A stretch of 64,000 nt of DNA from a virus. The DNA is taken from IMG/VR virus record IMGVR_UViG_3300031227_000013. The stretch is one strand, 5' to 3'. Below are positions 29,537 to 38,242 of the stretch, piece by piece. The first letter of the stretch is position 1, and the number at the start of each line of letters is the position of its first letter. The translations under genes were made by a program, and so were the position numbers. Below the pieces are notes generated by a model that was not told the DNA's origin, ran no database searches, and saw only the letters and a program-made list of their open reading frames with translations.

Positions 29537-31859
29537 TTCTTTTCTCCTTCTTATCTCTGAGTATATCTATAAGTTTGTGTACAGAATATCCTATAGGAAG
29601 ACTCGCCAGCCCCAACAGGCCTGCTCCCCTCAATGTCTTCATACGTTTAGCATTCCTGATAAGTCTAGGTAAATGTGTCTTCCTTAACTTACCTGCTCCT
29701 TTAGACATATTCCTGAGTAACTGCCTGCTCCTTATAACCAGATCCTTTTCAGATACCTTGTCATCAAAAATAACTTTAATCCATTCCTCGGGAGTCTGGG
29801 CCATAGATACTCCCTTATACTTACTCGCCAGTATTTTATTACCTTTATTCCACCAATCAAGATCCACATGCGTCATACGTTCTAAAGCTTTTTTCGAATC
29901 TCCCGGAAAATCTTTCCACAACATGTTGGGTATAGTACCTGGCTTGGATATTAATTTAAATTCTAAATCCCTTAAAGCATTCTGGGCTGGGTGTAATATA
30001 AGTTTAGAAGGTAAGCCCAGAGATTCGAATAAAGAAGATGTACCGCTACTTCCTATAATGGTATCACTGATACGCTGGGTGGCAATATATGCATCTCTGG
30101 GGAGTCTGTCGAAACCTATAATATCCGGCAGTTTATGCACTAAGCCTCCCAGAGGACTTGTCCCTCCCGCCATTACAGCCACTATCTGTACATCATCCAG
30201 TCTGCCTATCTTCTTAAGGGCTGTTCTTAATTTCAAAGCTCTGTATGCCACCTGGTCTCCCCGGCCTGACCCTACTATTGTAACAATACGTTTATTACCT
30301 ATGTTTTTAAACAACATGCTATTCTTGGGGCTGATAGCTACATCGGGGTTATTAAGGATTATCTTGTTAAGAGCATCTACTTTACTTATAGTGGAGATTT
30401 TCTTAGTCACACCTATATCCAATAAAGAAGGGCCCTTATCCGATGTCATCAACTGCTTCATATCTTTAGCTGTATCTCCAGTATCTCCCCAGGTTATCAT
30501 TTTATCTTTAATCAGTGGCTTTTTATGATTTCTTATAACCTTCTGTTCTTTATAAGGAGTGGTTTCTGCCATTTCACCTGCGTCTGTTAAGTATCCCACA
30601 TATCCTCCAGGAGCTATTTTACGACTCACATTACTTACTTGATGTCCTCCTATAAGTCTTCGAAATGGGTTCTCAATAGCTCCTGAATCTACGGCAGCTC
30701 CCATCCCTGTGGAGAAATACAGATCGAAAGGAGTATTGGATAGATTGGCAGGGACCAGCCCTGCTTTACCTCTTATGTCTTTAATAAGTTTAACTCTTTT
30801 ATCATTAGCTGTTAGACCCTCTAGCATATTTTCCAGGACTTTCCCCGGAGTCTTATGTCCCGCACCCCACTGAGCTTGTTCCCCCCAAGACAGCCCTACA
30901 TTAAGAGGACGCCTGATAGTTCCTACTCCGTGAGCTGCAAGTCCTGTACCACCTACTAATCCGGCGGCAGGTATGATTGTATTATCTGCTATACCTTCGG
31001 AAGCTTTCTTAAGAACAGATTTCTCTCCCTGTTTCCTGCGTAACAAAGCAGCCAGTCCCAAGATAGTCATAGCTCCTCCGGCAATAACAGCTCCCAGCCC
31101 TGCCTTTTTAAGTTTAGGGAATATTTTGTTTATAGTCGGATTGATAGTCTGTGAATATACGGAAGACCACCCACGTAAACTATCTTTAGCACTCCCCCCT
31201 ATCTGCAAAAAAGCATGTCTTAATTTATCCACTACCTTTTTGTAAGTTTCCGGACTCATCTTATTAAGTTTGGATAATCTTGCAGATAGGGGAACATCCA
31301 TATCACTTAAAAATTTGTAATGTTCCGGTATATCTTCTCCGAAAGCATCCCAGATATGCTTATTGAACATATACTTCTTAGTAGCTTTTTGATTGGACTT
31401 ATAGAACATATTGTAATGGTGTAGAAGACTATTTTTTTCATCTGTAATATGCTTAGTATTGTAAGCGGCGTCCCAGATTTCCTGAGGGATATTAGATCTT
31501 GTCAACCGCATCGCTTTAAGTGTGAGCTTATCTCTTAAAATAGCCGCATTAGCTCCAGCAGATACTTTACCCTTTATAGCCCAGAGGGGGACAGGCATGC
31601 CCAGTATCTTACTGCGCAGAGTCTCCCGACCTCCTTTAACATACTTCTTAAGAGCTTTGTTATAGGAAGCCAGACTGGGAACTTCAGTATCTCCCAATAG
31701 ACCTGTACCTCTTTCCCAGTCTGTCAGGTGCATCCCGATATCCTGTATATCTCGGGATGCTTTCCCTGCGGCCAGGCCTGCTCCTGTTAGGCCAGTACCT
31801 CCAAGAATGTAGGATAATTCCTTTTTAGTAACAGCCGGATCTTTTTCAATAGTATTCAT
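29511..31859 (-). CDS. Membrane-anchored protein with a probable GT-B (MurG/family 28-like) glycosyltransferase C-terminal domain
   Basis: VTIVGSGRG...QIVAVMAG...IIGSSGTSSLFESLGLPSKLI resembles the MurG-type C-terminal Rossmann domain; several Gly-rich hydrophobic segments. Confidence 0.5.
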   Translation of the reverse strand: MNTIEKDPAVTKKELSYILGGTGLTGAGLAAGKASRDIQDIGMHLTDWERGTGLLGDTEVPSLASYNKALKKYVKGGRETLRSKILGMPVPLWAIKGKVSAGANAAILRDKLTLKAMRLTRSNIPQEIWDAAYNTKHITDEKNSLLHHYNMFYKSNQKATKKYMFNKHIWDAFGEDIPEHYKFLSDMDVPLSARLSKLNKMSPETYKKVVDKLRHAFLQIGGSAKDSLRGWSSVYSQTINPTINKIFPKLKKAGLGAVIAGGAMTILGLAALLRRKQGEKSVLKKASEGIADNTIIPAAGLVGGTGLAAHGVGTIRRPLNVGLSWGEQAQWGAGHKTPGKVLENMLEGLTANDKRVKLIKDIRGKAGLVPANLSNTPFDLYFSTGMGAAVDSGAIENPFRRLIGGHQVSNVSRKIAPGGYVGYLTDAGEMAETTPYKEQKVIRNHKKPLIKDKMITWGDTGDTAKDMKQLMTSDKGPSLLDIGVTKKISTISKVDALNKIILNNPDVAISPKNSMLFKNIGNKRIVTIVGSGRGDQVAYRALKLRTALKKIGRLDDVQIVAVMAGGTSPLGGLVHKLPDIIGFDRLPRDAYIATQRISDTIIGSSGTSSLFESLGLPSKLILHPAQNALRDLEFKLISKPGTIPNMLWKDFPGDSKKALERMTHVDLDWWNKGNKILASKYKGVSMAQTPEEWIKVIFDDKVSEKDLVIRSRQLLRNMSKGAGKLRKTHLPRLIRNAKRMKTLRGAGLLGLASLPIGYSVHKLIDILRDKKEKRNEQDSLLP

Positions 31860-31860
31860 A

Positions 31861-32361
31861 TTATACCTTAGGAGGGTTTTTATCTCCTGTAAGGATTTGA
31901 TATCCTTCAGGATCTTTTCTTTTAGCTTTGTTATTGAAGTTAATAGCCTTATGTTTGAGAGGCCCTACATTCTCTTTACGATATGTTGTCCACAGCATCT
32001 TATATTTATCTAGAAGATCTGTTCTTTCTTTATCGTATTCTCCGGACATATATCTACCTTTAAAAGGGCTTTCATTGGATAATCCCTTGACGTAATTCAT
32101 CTTACGGGTATTCTCCAGAGCGCCTCCGGCCTTATATCCTCCGTAGGCTGACCCGCCTGTGAGAACTATTTGAGCAAGTGCTGCCAGAAGGGGATGCTTT
32201 ATTTTCCCAGCCATTTTAAGTCCGGCTACAGATCCTCCGACACCTCCGGCAATGGCTCCGACATCTGAATAATTCTTACCTTTTCTTGTAAACTCCTGCT
32301 GCTCCGGATCGATCTCCGACAGCTTATTCATGTACGCTTGATAATATGCTAGTTTGTTCAT
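31861..32361 (-). CDS. Leader-family protein (MNKLAYYQAYMNKLS) with glycine zipper
   Basis: Shared leader; GAIAGGVGGSVAG segment. Confidence 0.65.
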   Translation of the reverse strand: MNKLAYYQAYMNKLSEIDPEQQEFTRKGKNYSDVGAIAGGVGGSVAGLKMAGKIKHPLLAALAQIVLTGGSAYGGYKAGGALENTRKMNYVKGLSNESPFKGRYMSGEYDKERTDLLDKYKMLWTTYRKENVGPLKHKAINFNNKAKRKDPEGYQILTGDKNPPKV

Positions 32362-33077
32362 TATGTCACCTTTCGTGCTATTTTATGTCTCTTCACGAAG
32401 AATGCAGACTCGCCTCTGGATTTAAGGAGCTTACCCATATCTTCGAAACTAATATAACATTCACTATCCATACCCCAGCCCTTACCCCAGCTGTTGTGCA
32501 GTGTGAATCGTTCCTTCTTAATATTAACTGCGTTACAGAGTATACAATGTCCGCCTAATCTGTCTCCGGTGACTTTGATGTATCCTTCGCTGTTGGGGCT
32601 GTACATTCCCTTATACCACGGTACTCCCAATACAGCAGGTCCGTTGTATCCTACTCCGAGCATCAGGTCTTCCAGCCCGAATCCCCATCTATAGCTTTCC
32701 ATCCATCCCAGCTTGTGTGCTATCTTGACACCTGCCAGAACACTGGAGCCTTCGTAGACAGGAGAGGCTCCGGGATAACTTCCTCCGGGCCATCTGTCTA
32801 TCTTCTGCGCTTCCCAGTATATCTGTTCCTTAGCATACTTATGAGTAAGCCCCTGTACTTCCGCGGGACGGGCTGCTAATTCATGCGCTATTCCATGACC
32901 CACACAACTCCCCTCATTTTTCTGATCCAGCCATGCCCTGCATCTCCATGTATAGGAGCGGGGTTTCTTCGCTGTCAGGATATCTGTTATAGGGAACTGT
33001 TTACTTCTTTCATCAAACTTCTCTATACGGTCCAGTCTTATATCTTCGGTAGTACCTTCTTTAAGTTTTATCGACAT
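32361..33077 (-). CDS. Papain-like (C1) cysteine peptidase
   Basis: LDQKNEGSCVGHG (Gln, Cys), GGHCIL (His), LHNSWGKGWG (Asn). Confidence 0.85.
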   Translation of the reverse strand: MSIKLKEGTTEDIRLDRIEKFDERSKQFPITDILTAKKPRSYTWRCRAWLDQKNEGSCVGHGIAHELAARPAEVQGLTHKYAKEQIYWEAQKIDRWPGGSYPGASPVYEGSSVLAGVKIAHKLGWMESYRWGFGLEDLMLGVGYNGPAVLGVPWYKGMYSPNSEGYIKVTGDRLGGHCILCNAVNIKKERFTLHNSWGKGWGMDSECYISFEDMGKLLKSRGESAFFVKRHKIARKVT

Positions 33078-33094
33078 TATATTTTCCTATAGTT

Positions 33095-33118
33095 AAAAGA
33101 AGGGGTGTAACCCCTTCT
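33095..33118 (-). terminator. Intrinsic terminator
   Basis: AGAAGGGG-TTACA-CCCCTTCT followed by TTTAACT; near-identical to 27515..27540. Confidence 0.8.
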
Positions 33119-33139
33119 ATAAATCTTACTACTTTACTA

Positions 33140-33649
33140 TTACTCTTCTTCTGTTTCGACTTCCTGCTCTGGTATTGGAGTATCGTTGAGAGCATCCGGA
33201 TACATCTTTAATAGTTTTTGAAGGGCTGAATAGACTATCTCTTCCCCTTCGTGCGGATCGACTCCCAGAGACTTATAAAACTCGTGCGCATTGTCGTCGT
33301 CCAGATTCTCCTGTGTGGCCATAAAGTCCAATATCATTTTGATATCATCAGGCCCCGGGTCTCCCAGCGTACTCTCCTCTTTAGCATCGTCTTCCATGTC
33401 TTCGAGTCTATTGTAGTAATCAGGTATCTCGTCTAGATGATCCTGTGAGATCTCTTCTGCTACATCGGGTGTATCTGTATGTTCCAGCTCTACAGCCCGA
33501 CCCTTCTGAGTCTGCTCTTCTATCTTCTCCGGATCTACCTGCTTCTCCTGTGCTATATCCTGTGTATCCTTACCGTCGGCTTTACCGCCTTCTATAAGTT
33601 CTTTCGCCTTCTTATTCATATATCCTTCGTAGTATGCTATCTTATTCAT
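33140..33649 (-). CDS. Leader-family protein (MNKIAYYEGYMNKKA) with DUF5661-like domain
   Basis: GGKADG...KGRAVELEHT...EEISQDHLDEIPDYYNRL. Confidence 0.7.
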   Translation of the reverse strand: MNKIAYYEGYMNKKAKELIEGGKADGKDTQDIAQEKQVDPEKIEEQTQKGRAVELEHTDTPDVAEEISQDHLDEIPDYYNRLEDMEDDAKEESTLGDPGPDDIKMILDFMATQENLDDDNAHEFYKSLGVDPHEGEEIVYSALQKLLKMYPDALNDTPIPEQEVETEEE

Positions 33650-33661
33650 TATTTATCCTTT

Positions 33662-34003
33662 TTATTTTAGTAAAGAACCTGCTTCAGCAAGTTTGGCTTT
33701 CTCGGCTTTTCTTGATATTGAAGACATAATATCAGTAGTATCGATAAGCATCTTTCCTACTTCTGTATTCAGCCCCTTCTTCTTCATATCTATGAGTTGT
33801 TTTGCGGCTGCTGAAATATCCTTATGCCCTCTGGGAAGATTAAATGTCTGTTTGGCAGAATCTAAAAATATAGGTATAGCTCCTTTAAAATGTTTATCCT
33901 TACCTTTAACCTTTTGAAGTAATCTTCCCATAGTTTTTAGATACATATCTGTTCTGGAGGCTTCCTTATTCATATATCCTTCGTAGTATGCTATCTTATT
34001 CAT
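33662..34003 (-). CDS. Leader-family protein (MNKIAYYEGYMNKEA), basic cargo
   Basis: Leader DNA is identical to that of 33140..33649. Confidence 0.7.
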   Translation of the reverse strand: MNKIAYYEGYMNKEASRTDMYLKTMGRLLQKVKGKDKHFKGAIPIFLDSAKQTFNLPRGHKDISAAAKQLIDMKKKGLNTEVGKMLIDTTDIMSSISRKAEKAKLAEAGSLLK

Positions 34004-34020
34004 TTATTTATCCTGTAGTT

Positions 34021-34044
34021 AAAAAAGAGGATAGTTCCTCTTTT
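34021..34044 (-). terminator. Intrinsic terminator at the end of the paralog array
   Basis: AAAAGAGGA-ACTA-TCCTCTTTTTT followed by AACT. Confidence 0.75.
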
Positions 34045-34264
34045 AATATATTACGTAAAACCAGCCCGACTCTTCATCAAATATCAGGGCTACACATCCT
34101 GTATAAGACGATGCTTCTCCACGATTCTTTTTGTCATTAATATATGTAACTTCCATAGGTCTATTTATACAAGCTTCAGGATTATTAGATACATAATCTC
34201 CTACACTTATCTGTCCTTTATGTCTAACATGCTGCCCCATCTCATTATATAATGTACAATGCAT
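34043..34264 (-). CDS. GQL/GW family paralog
   Basis: YNEMGQHVRHKGQISVGD...SGWFY. Confidence 0.8.
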   Translation of the reverse strand: MHCTLYNEMGQHVRHKGQISVGDYVSNNPEACINRPMEVTYINDKKNRGEASSYTGCVALIFDEESGWFYVIY

Positions 34265-34276
34265 AATAGCTCCTGT

Positions 34277-34522
34277 TTAACATATTACAAAAAACCAGCC
34301 CCGCTCTTTAACGAATGTCAGAGGTATACTGGGTCCTCCCATAGTTGACACCGCTTGTCCAATTCCCTTCTTGTTATTAACATATGCAACTCGCATAGCT
34401 GTTACGAAAAGACCGGGATTATCAGATATTGTATCTCCTACACATATCTGGCCCCTGTGTCTAATAAGTTGTCTCGTCTCATTATATATATTAAATAGCA
34501 TAATAGCTCCTGTTATAAACAC
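34277..34522 (-). CDS. GQL/GW family paralog
   Basis: YNETRQLIRHRGQICVGD...RGWFF. Confidence 0.8.
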   Translation of the reverse strand: MFITGAIMLFNIYNETRQLIRHRGQICVGDTISDNPGLFVTAMRVAYVNNKKGIGQAVSTMGGPSIPLTFVKERGWFFVIC

Positions 34523-34540
34523 TATATATATAATATATAG

Positions 34541-34744
34541 TTACTTCTTAGTTTTCCATATCTTATTGACTTCTTTCTCTACAGCATGCTCTTCCAGCCC
34601 CACCTTACTCCAGCCCTTCTTGACTGTCCCTACTTTACTCCATCCCATAATAAAGGAATAGCCTATTGCCACAGACAGTAAGAAGATAGCGAGAGATAGG
34701 ATTATCCACGCTTTAGGGGGAACACTTTTAAAATCTATTTCCAT
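34541..34744 (-). CDS. Small single-pass membrane protein (not a family member)
   Basis: AWIILSLAIFLLSVAIGYSFIM TM segment; GWSKVG duplicated. Confidence 0.55.
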   Translation of the reverse strand: MEIDFKSVPPKAWIILSLAIFLLSVAIGYSFIMGWSKVGTVKKGWSKVGLEEHAVEKEVNKIWKTKK

Positions 34745-34827
34745 TGTATATTTCCTTTTTATATTATATAAATATACCCTTTGTAGTAACTTCTTTCAAA
34801 GATATTATGTTATCCGGGCTGTAAATA

Positions 34828-35043
34828 TTACTCCTGTCCTATATATCTCCAGCCCACTCTTTCTATAAACCTTATAAGATGTACACTGTGATCAGTGTCA
34901 TTCATATATTCAACTCCTCCTCTGTCTCCTGTTATCCGGACAACTTTGAGAGGAACACCGTAACACGTTACTTCATCTCCTACAACTAACTGACCTCTAT
35001 ATCTAATACATTGATTCATTTCATTAAACAGTTGACATGTCAT
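34828..35043 (-). CDS. GQL/GW family paralog
   Basis: FNEMNQCIRYRGQLVVGD...VGWRY; start placed at the ATGA overlap. Confidence 0.8.
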   Translation of the reverse strand: MTCQLFNEMNQCIRYRGQLVVGDEVTCYGVPLKVVRITGDRGGVEYMNDTDHSVHLIRFIERVGWRYIGQE

Positions 35044-35252
35044 GTCTTCCAGCACCAGCCCTTTCCTTCTATAAAATACATATGAAAGTTATATCCATTA
35101 CGGATATTTTTAATGTTACCTTTATCTTCTTTTAATCGGATAACTTTATAATCACATGTATTGTCTTCCTTAAAACGTATTATATCCCCCAGACAGATCT
35201 GTCCCTTATGTCTAACGGGCTGGTTCATTCTATTATACAGTACATATGTCAT
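35040..35252 (-). CDS. GQL/GW family paralog
   Basis: YNRMNQPVRHKGQICLGD...EGKGWCW. Confidence 0.8.
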   Translation of the reverse strand: MTYVLYNRMNQPVRHKGQICLGDIIRFKEDNTCDYKVIRLKEDKGNIKNIRNGYNFHMYFIEGKGWCWKT

Positions 35253-35461
35253 GTTCCATACCCCCAGCCCACTCCTTCTTTAAACTGTATACTATAAGCA
35301 TATTTGGAAAGTATATGTTTAATTTCACCTGTACATACCTTTAATGCGACTACTATGTAGTAATTGTCGGTGCCATCCTCAAAATGCACTAAATCCCCTT
35401 TACTGATCTGACCCTTGTGTTTAACGGGCTGTCCCAGTTCATTATGTATTAAGAACATCAT
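35249..35461 (-). CDS. GQL/GW family paralog
   Basis: HNELGQPVKHKGQISKGD...EGVGWGY. Confidence 0.8.
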   Translation of the reverse strand: MMFLIHNELGQPVKHKGQISKGDLVHFEDGTDNYYIVVALKVCTGEIKHILSKYAYSIQFKEGVGWGYGT

Positions 35462-35675
35462 ACTCTACTCCCCAGCCCCAGCCCGTTCCTTCTACAAACT
35501 GTATGAAGTAACAGTAGCTGGAATGCTTTAGTTTAATTTCAGCTATATTATCCTTTAATTGGATAACTCTAAACATACGGGTCCAATCGTCACTGAAATG
35601 CACTAAATCCCCTTTACTCAGTTGTCCTCTATGTTTAATGGGCTGCTTCATTGCATTATACAATACGTATGTCAT
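35442..35675 (-). CDS. GQL/GW family paralog
   Basis: YNAMKQPIKHRGQLSKGD...EGTGWGW. Confidence 0.8.
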   Translation of the reverse strand: MTYVLYNAMKQPIKHRGQLSKGDLVHFSDDWTRMFRVIQLKDNIAEIKLKHSSYCYFIQFVEGTGWGWGVEYDVLNT

Positions 35676-35901
35676 ATGACTCCCCCAAGAAGGACCACCA
35701 GCCCCAGCCCTTACCTTCTACAAAGTCTATATCCCATGTATCTTTATAGCGTTCAATTATGCCTATATCATCTTTTAGATTTATAACCTTATATATTATA
35801 TGTCCGCTGCTTATAAAATGTATCTTATCTCCTACACTAACCTGTCCCTTATATTTTATACGCTGTCCCATTTCATTGTACATCAAACTAAGTTTTCTCA
35901 T
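35656..35901 (-). CDS. GQL/GW family paralog
   Basis: YNEMGQRIKYKGQVSVGD...EGKGWGW. Confidence 0.8.
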   Translation of the reverse strand: MRKLSLMYNEMGQRIKYKGQVSVGDKIHFISSGHIIYKVINLKDDIGIIERYKDTWDIDFVEGKGWGWWSFLGESYDIRIV

Positions 35902-36119
35902 GTCGTTACCTCCACCCAGCCCGTTCCTTTTATATATCTAATACAGTAGTATACATTTTTATTCCGTGTGTTCTTAATCATACCTATGTTTTTCTTCAGT
36001 TCGATAACTTTATAATCACAGGCGTTGCTACTGGAAGTATAAGATACTATATCTCCTACACTGAGTTGCCCCTTGTAATTAATAGTCTGTCTCATCTCAT
36101 TGTATAGGCTGTATATCAT
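35898..36119 (-). CDS. GQL/GW family paralog
   Basis: YNEMRQTINYKGQLSVGD...KGTGWV. Confidence 0.8.
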   Translation of the reverse strand: MIYSLYNEMRQTINYKGQLSVGDIVSYTSSSNACDYKVIELKKNIGMIKNTRNKNVYYCIRYIKGTGWVEVTT

Positions 36120-36331
36120 ATTACATACCCCCAGCCCGTTCCTTCTACAAACTTTACATCAAATAAATCCCCGTGCATTATATGTTTAATTGTACCTGTA
36201 TTTCCTTTTAATTTAATAACTTTATAATCACCGAAACTGCTGTTATTAGTGAACCAGACTACATCTCCTACACAGAGCTGTCCTCTATACTTTATAATCT
36301 GTCCTAGTTTATTATGCATTTTAGATATCAT
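36116..36331 (-). CDS. GQL/GW family paralog
   Basis: HNKLGQIIKYRGQLCVGD...EGTGWGY. Confidence 0.8.
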   Translation of the reverse strand: MISKMHNKLGQIIKYRGQLCVGDVVWFTNNSSFGDYKVIKLKGNTGTIKHIMHGDLFDVKFVEGTGWGYVI

Positions 36332-36543
36332 CTCGTCACATACCCCCAGCCCACTTTTGTAAAGGATACAGGGAATTCATCCCCGAGCTCTGTATATTTA
36401 ACTATACCTGTATTTTCCTCTAATTTAATAACTTTATATCCCCCAAAGTCGTGGGTTTTAGCGAAATATATTATATCTCCCAGACAGAGTTGTCCCTTAT
36501 ACTTTATAGGTTGTCCCATTTCATTATACATTTTAGTTATCAT
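36328..36543 (-). CDS. GQL/GW family paralog
   Basis: YNEMGQPIKYKGQLCLGD...KVGWGY. Confidence 0.8.
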   Translation of the reverse strand: MITKMYNEMGQPIKYKGQLCLGDIIYFAKTHDFGGYKVIKLEENTGIVKYTELGDEFPVSFTKVGWGYVTR

Positions 36544-36779
36544 GCCCTCGATCCTCCTTCTGATTCCCAGCCCCAGCCCACTCCTTCTGTAAACTCTACA
36601 TGGTCGTAGTATCTATACTTATCCCACGCATGTTGAATTGTACAGAAGCTTCCCTTCAGGTCCATAACTATATAATTACTGGCTATGCCCCCATCAGTGA
36701 AGTGTACTATGTCTCCGTTACATAGTTGCCCTTTGTGTATAAGGGGCTGTTTTAATGCATTGTATAGTTTGTATATCAT
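36540..36779 (-). CDS. GQL/GW family paralog
   Basis: YNALKQPLIHKGQLCNGD...EGVGWGW. Confidence 0.8.
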   Translation of the reverse strand: MIYKLYNALKQPLIHKGQLCNGDIVHFTDGGIASNYIVMDLKGSFCTIQHAWDKYRYYDHVEFTEGVGWGWESEGGSRA

Positions 36780-36970
36780 GTCAATAACCAGCCCCTTTCT
36801 TCTGTAAACACTATAGGCATTATACCATATGTATATTTAATCCTACCTTCATTTCCCTTTAACTCAATAACAGGGTGCATACCTCCTTCAAGGCTAACTC
36901 TAACCTTATCTCCTTTACATATCTGTCCCTTGTATCTAATGGGCTGTTTTAACGCATTATATATTTTCAT
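36776..36970 (-). CDS. GQL/GW family paralog
   Basis: YNALKQPIRYKGQICKGD...EERGWL. Confidence 0.8.
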   Translation of the reverse strand: MKIYNALKQPIRYKGQICKGDKVRVSLEGGMHPVIELKGNEGRIKYTYGIMPIVFTEERGWLLT

Positions 36971-37164
36971 AAGAACATCCAGCCCCTTTCTTCTGTATAC
37001 CCCAGATTATATATATTGCTATGTAATCTGCTTTGTACTCTAGCTCTATTTCCTTTTATTCTAATAACTTTATAATTAAGACCGCTATCTGTTCCGGCGC
37101 GTATATAATCTCCTAAATCCAGCTGTCCTTTATACATTATACGTTGTCTCATATGATTATACAT
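36967..37164 (-). CDS. GQL/GW family paralog
   Basis: YNHMRQRIMYKGQLDLGD...EERGWMF. Confidence 0.8.
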   Translation of the reverse strand: MYNHMRQRIMYKGQLDLGDYIRAGTDSGLNYKVIRIKGNRARVQSRLHSNIYNLGYTEERGWMFL

Positions 37165-37379
37165 TATGCTTCTCCTCCCCAGCCCTGTCCTTCTACATAT
37201 TTTATATCACACGTATTGTGATCCATTATATGTTTAATTGTACCTGTATTATTATTTATGTTAGTTACCTCGTAATCAGGATAGTTCCAGTTTGCAGTAC
37301 CACTTACCTTATCTCCTACACTGACCTGTCCCTTATGTATTATCTGCTGTCTATTTCTATTGTATAGTCTAAAGCTCAT
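37164..37379 (-). CDS. GQL/GW family paralog
   Basis: YNRNRQQIIHKGQVSVGD...EGQGWG. Confidence 0.8.
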   Translation of the reverse strand: MSFRLYNRNRQQIIHKGQVSVGDKVSGTANWNYPDYEVTNINNNTGTIKHIMDHNTCDIKYVEGQGWGGEA

Positions 37380-37575
37380 ACTGTCACCCAGCCCCTTCTT
37401 TCTATATATATTATAGGGTATATACTAAGCCTGTTAAGAAATTTAAGTCTACCTGTGTTCCCTTTAACTCAATAACTTTATGGGGGCAGCTACAGACGTA
37501 TACTGTATCTCCTACATCTAACTGCCCTTTGTGTTTAACGATCTGTCCTATCTCATTGTATATTCTATACATCAT
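37376..37575 (-). pseudogene. Frameshifted GQL/GW paralog (1-nt deletion)
   Basis: MMYRIYNEIGQIVKHKGQLDVGD...ELKG, then the -1 frame continues NTGRLKFLNRLSIYPIIYIERRGWVTV to a TGA overlapping the next ATG. Confidence 0.75.
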
Positions 37576-37576
37576 A

Positions 37577-37780
37577 TCACCAGACCCAGCCCCTTCCTTT
37601 TATAAACCTTATTCGGCGTACAACAGTACTGTTTAGGGATTTAGCTCTACCTACATATTTCCATATTCTATATACCTCGTAACGATCTTCGCCCCCACGG
37701 TTAAAATGTATCATATCTCCTTCACACAGCTGTCCCTTGTGTATAATGGGCTGTTCCAGTTCATTAAGTATATTACTTAT
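37577..37780 (-). pseudogene. GQL/GW paralog lacking a canonical start (ATA at the expected position)
   Basis: Open frame ISNILNELEQPIIHKGQLCEGD...KGRGWVW; no upstream in-frame ATG/GTG before a TAG. Confidence 0.65.
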
Positions 37781-37979
37781 AGTAACACCAGCCCTTTCCT
37801 TCTATAAACATTATAGGGTGTTTACTCCCTATATTCAATACAAGAATCCTCCCTGCGTCTTCTCTAATATTCAGTACTTTTAAACTTATACCAGCCGGGC
37901 TGGTATATACTTTATCTCCTACACAGAGCTGTCCCCTATATATAATAGGTTGTTGCATTTCGTTATATAATGTAGTCAT
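37773..37979 (-). CDS. GQL/GW family paralog
   Basis: YNEMQQPIIYRGQLCVGD...EGKGWCY. Confidence 0.8.
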   Translation of the reverse strand: MTTLYNEMQQPIIYRGQLCVGDKVYTSPAGISLKVLNIREDAGRILVLNIGSKHPIMFIEGKGWCYYK

Positions 37980-38242
37980 CGTATACCCCAGACCTTTCTT
38001 TCTTTTTTAAGGATAAAATAAGGATAGTAATACGGGACTTGAGCCCCGTGATCCAGCATAAATCCCTGGTCATCTCTGTCTATACATATTTTATAGACTT
38101 TACTTACATGTTGCTTCATACCACCTACAAACATATTGTTCCAGCCCTTCTCGAAGCTCTCGCAGTCTCCTGTAACCAATACAGAGTCTCCTACCTTCAG
38201 TCCGGACGCTTTGTGTCCTTTCAGATATTCTTCTTTACTCAT
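37976..38242 (-). CDS. Hypothetical protein (not a family member; GLKVGDSV motif)
   Basis: 88 aa ORF coupled to both neighbours by ATGA overlaps. Confidence 0.6.
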   Translation of the reverse strand: MSKEEYLKGHKASGLKVGDSVLVTGDCESFEKGWNNMFVGGMKQHVSKVYKICIDRDDQGFMLDHGAQVPYYYPYFILKKERKVWGIR

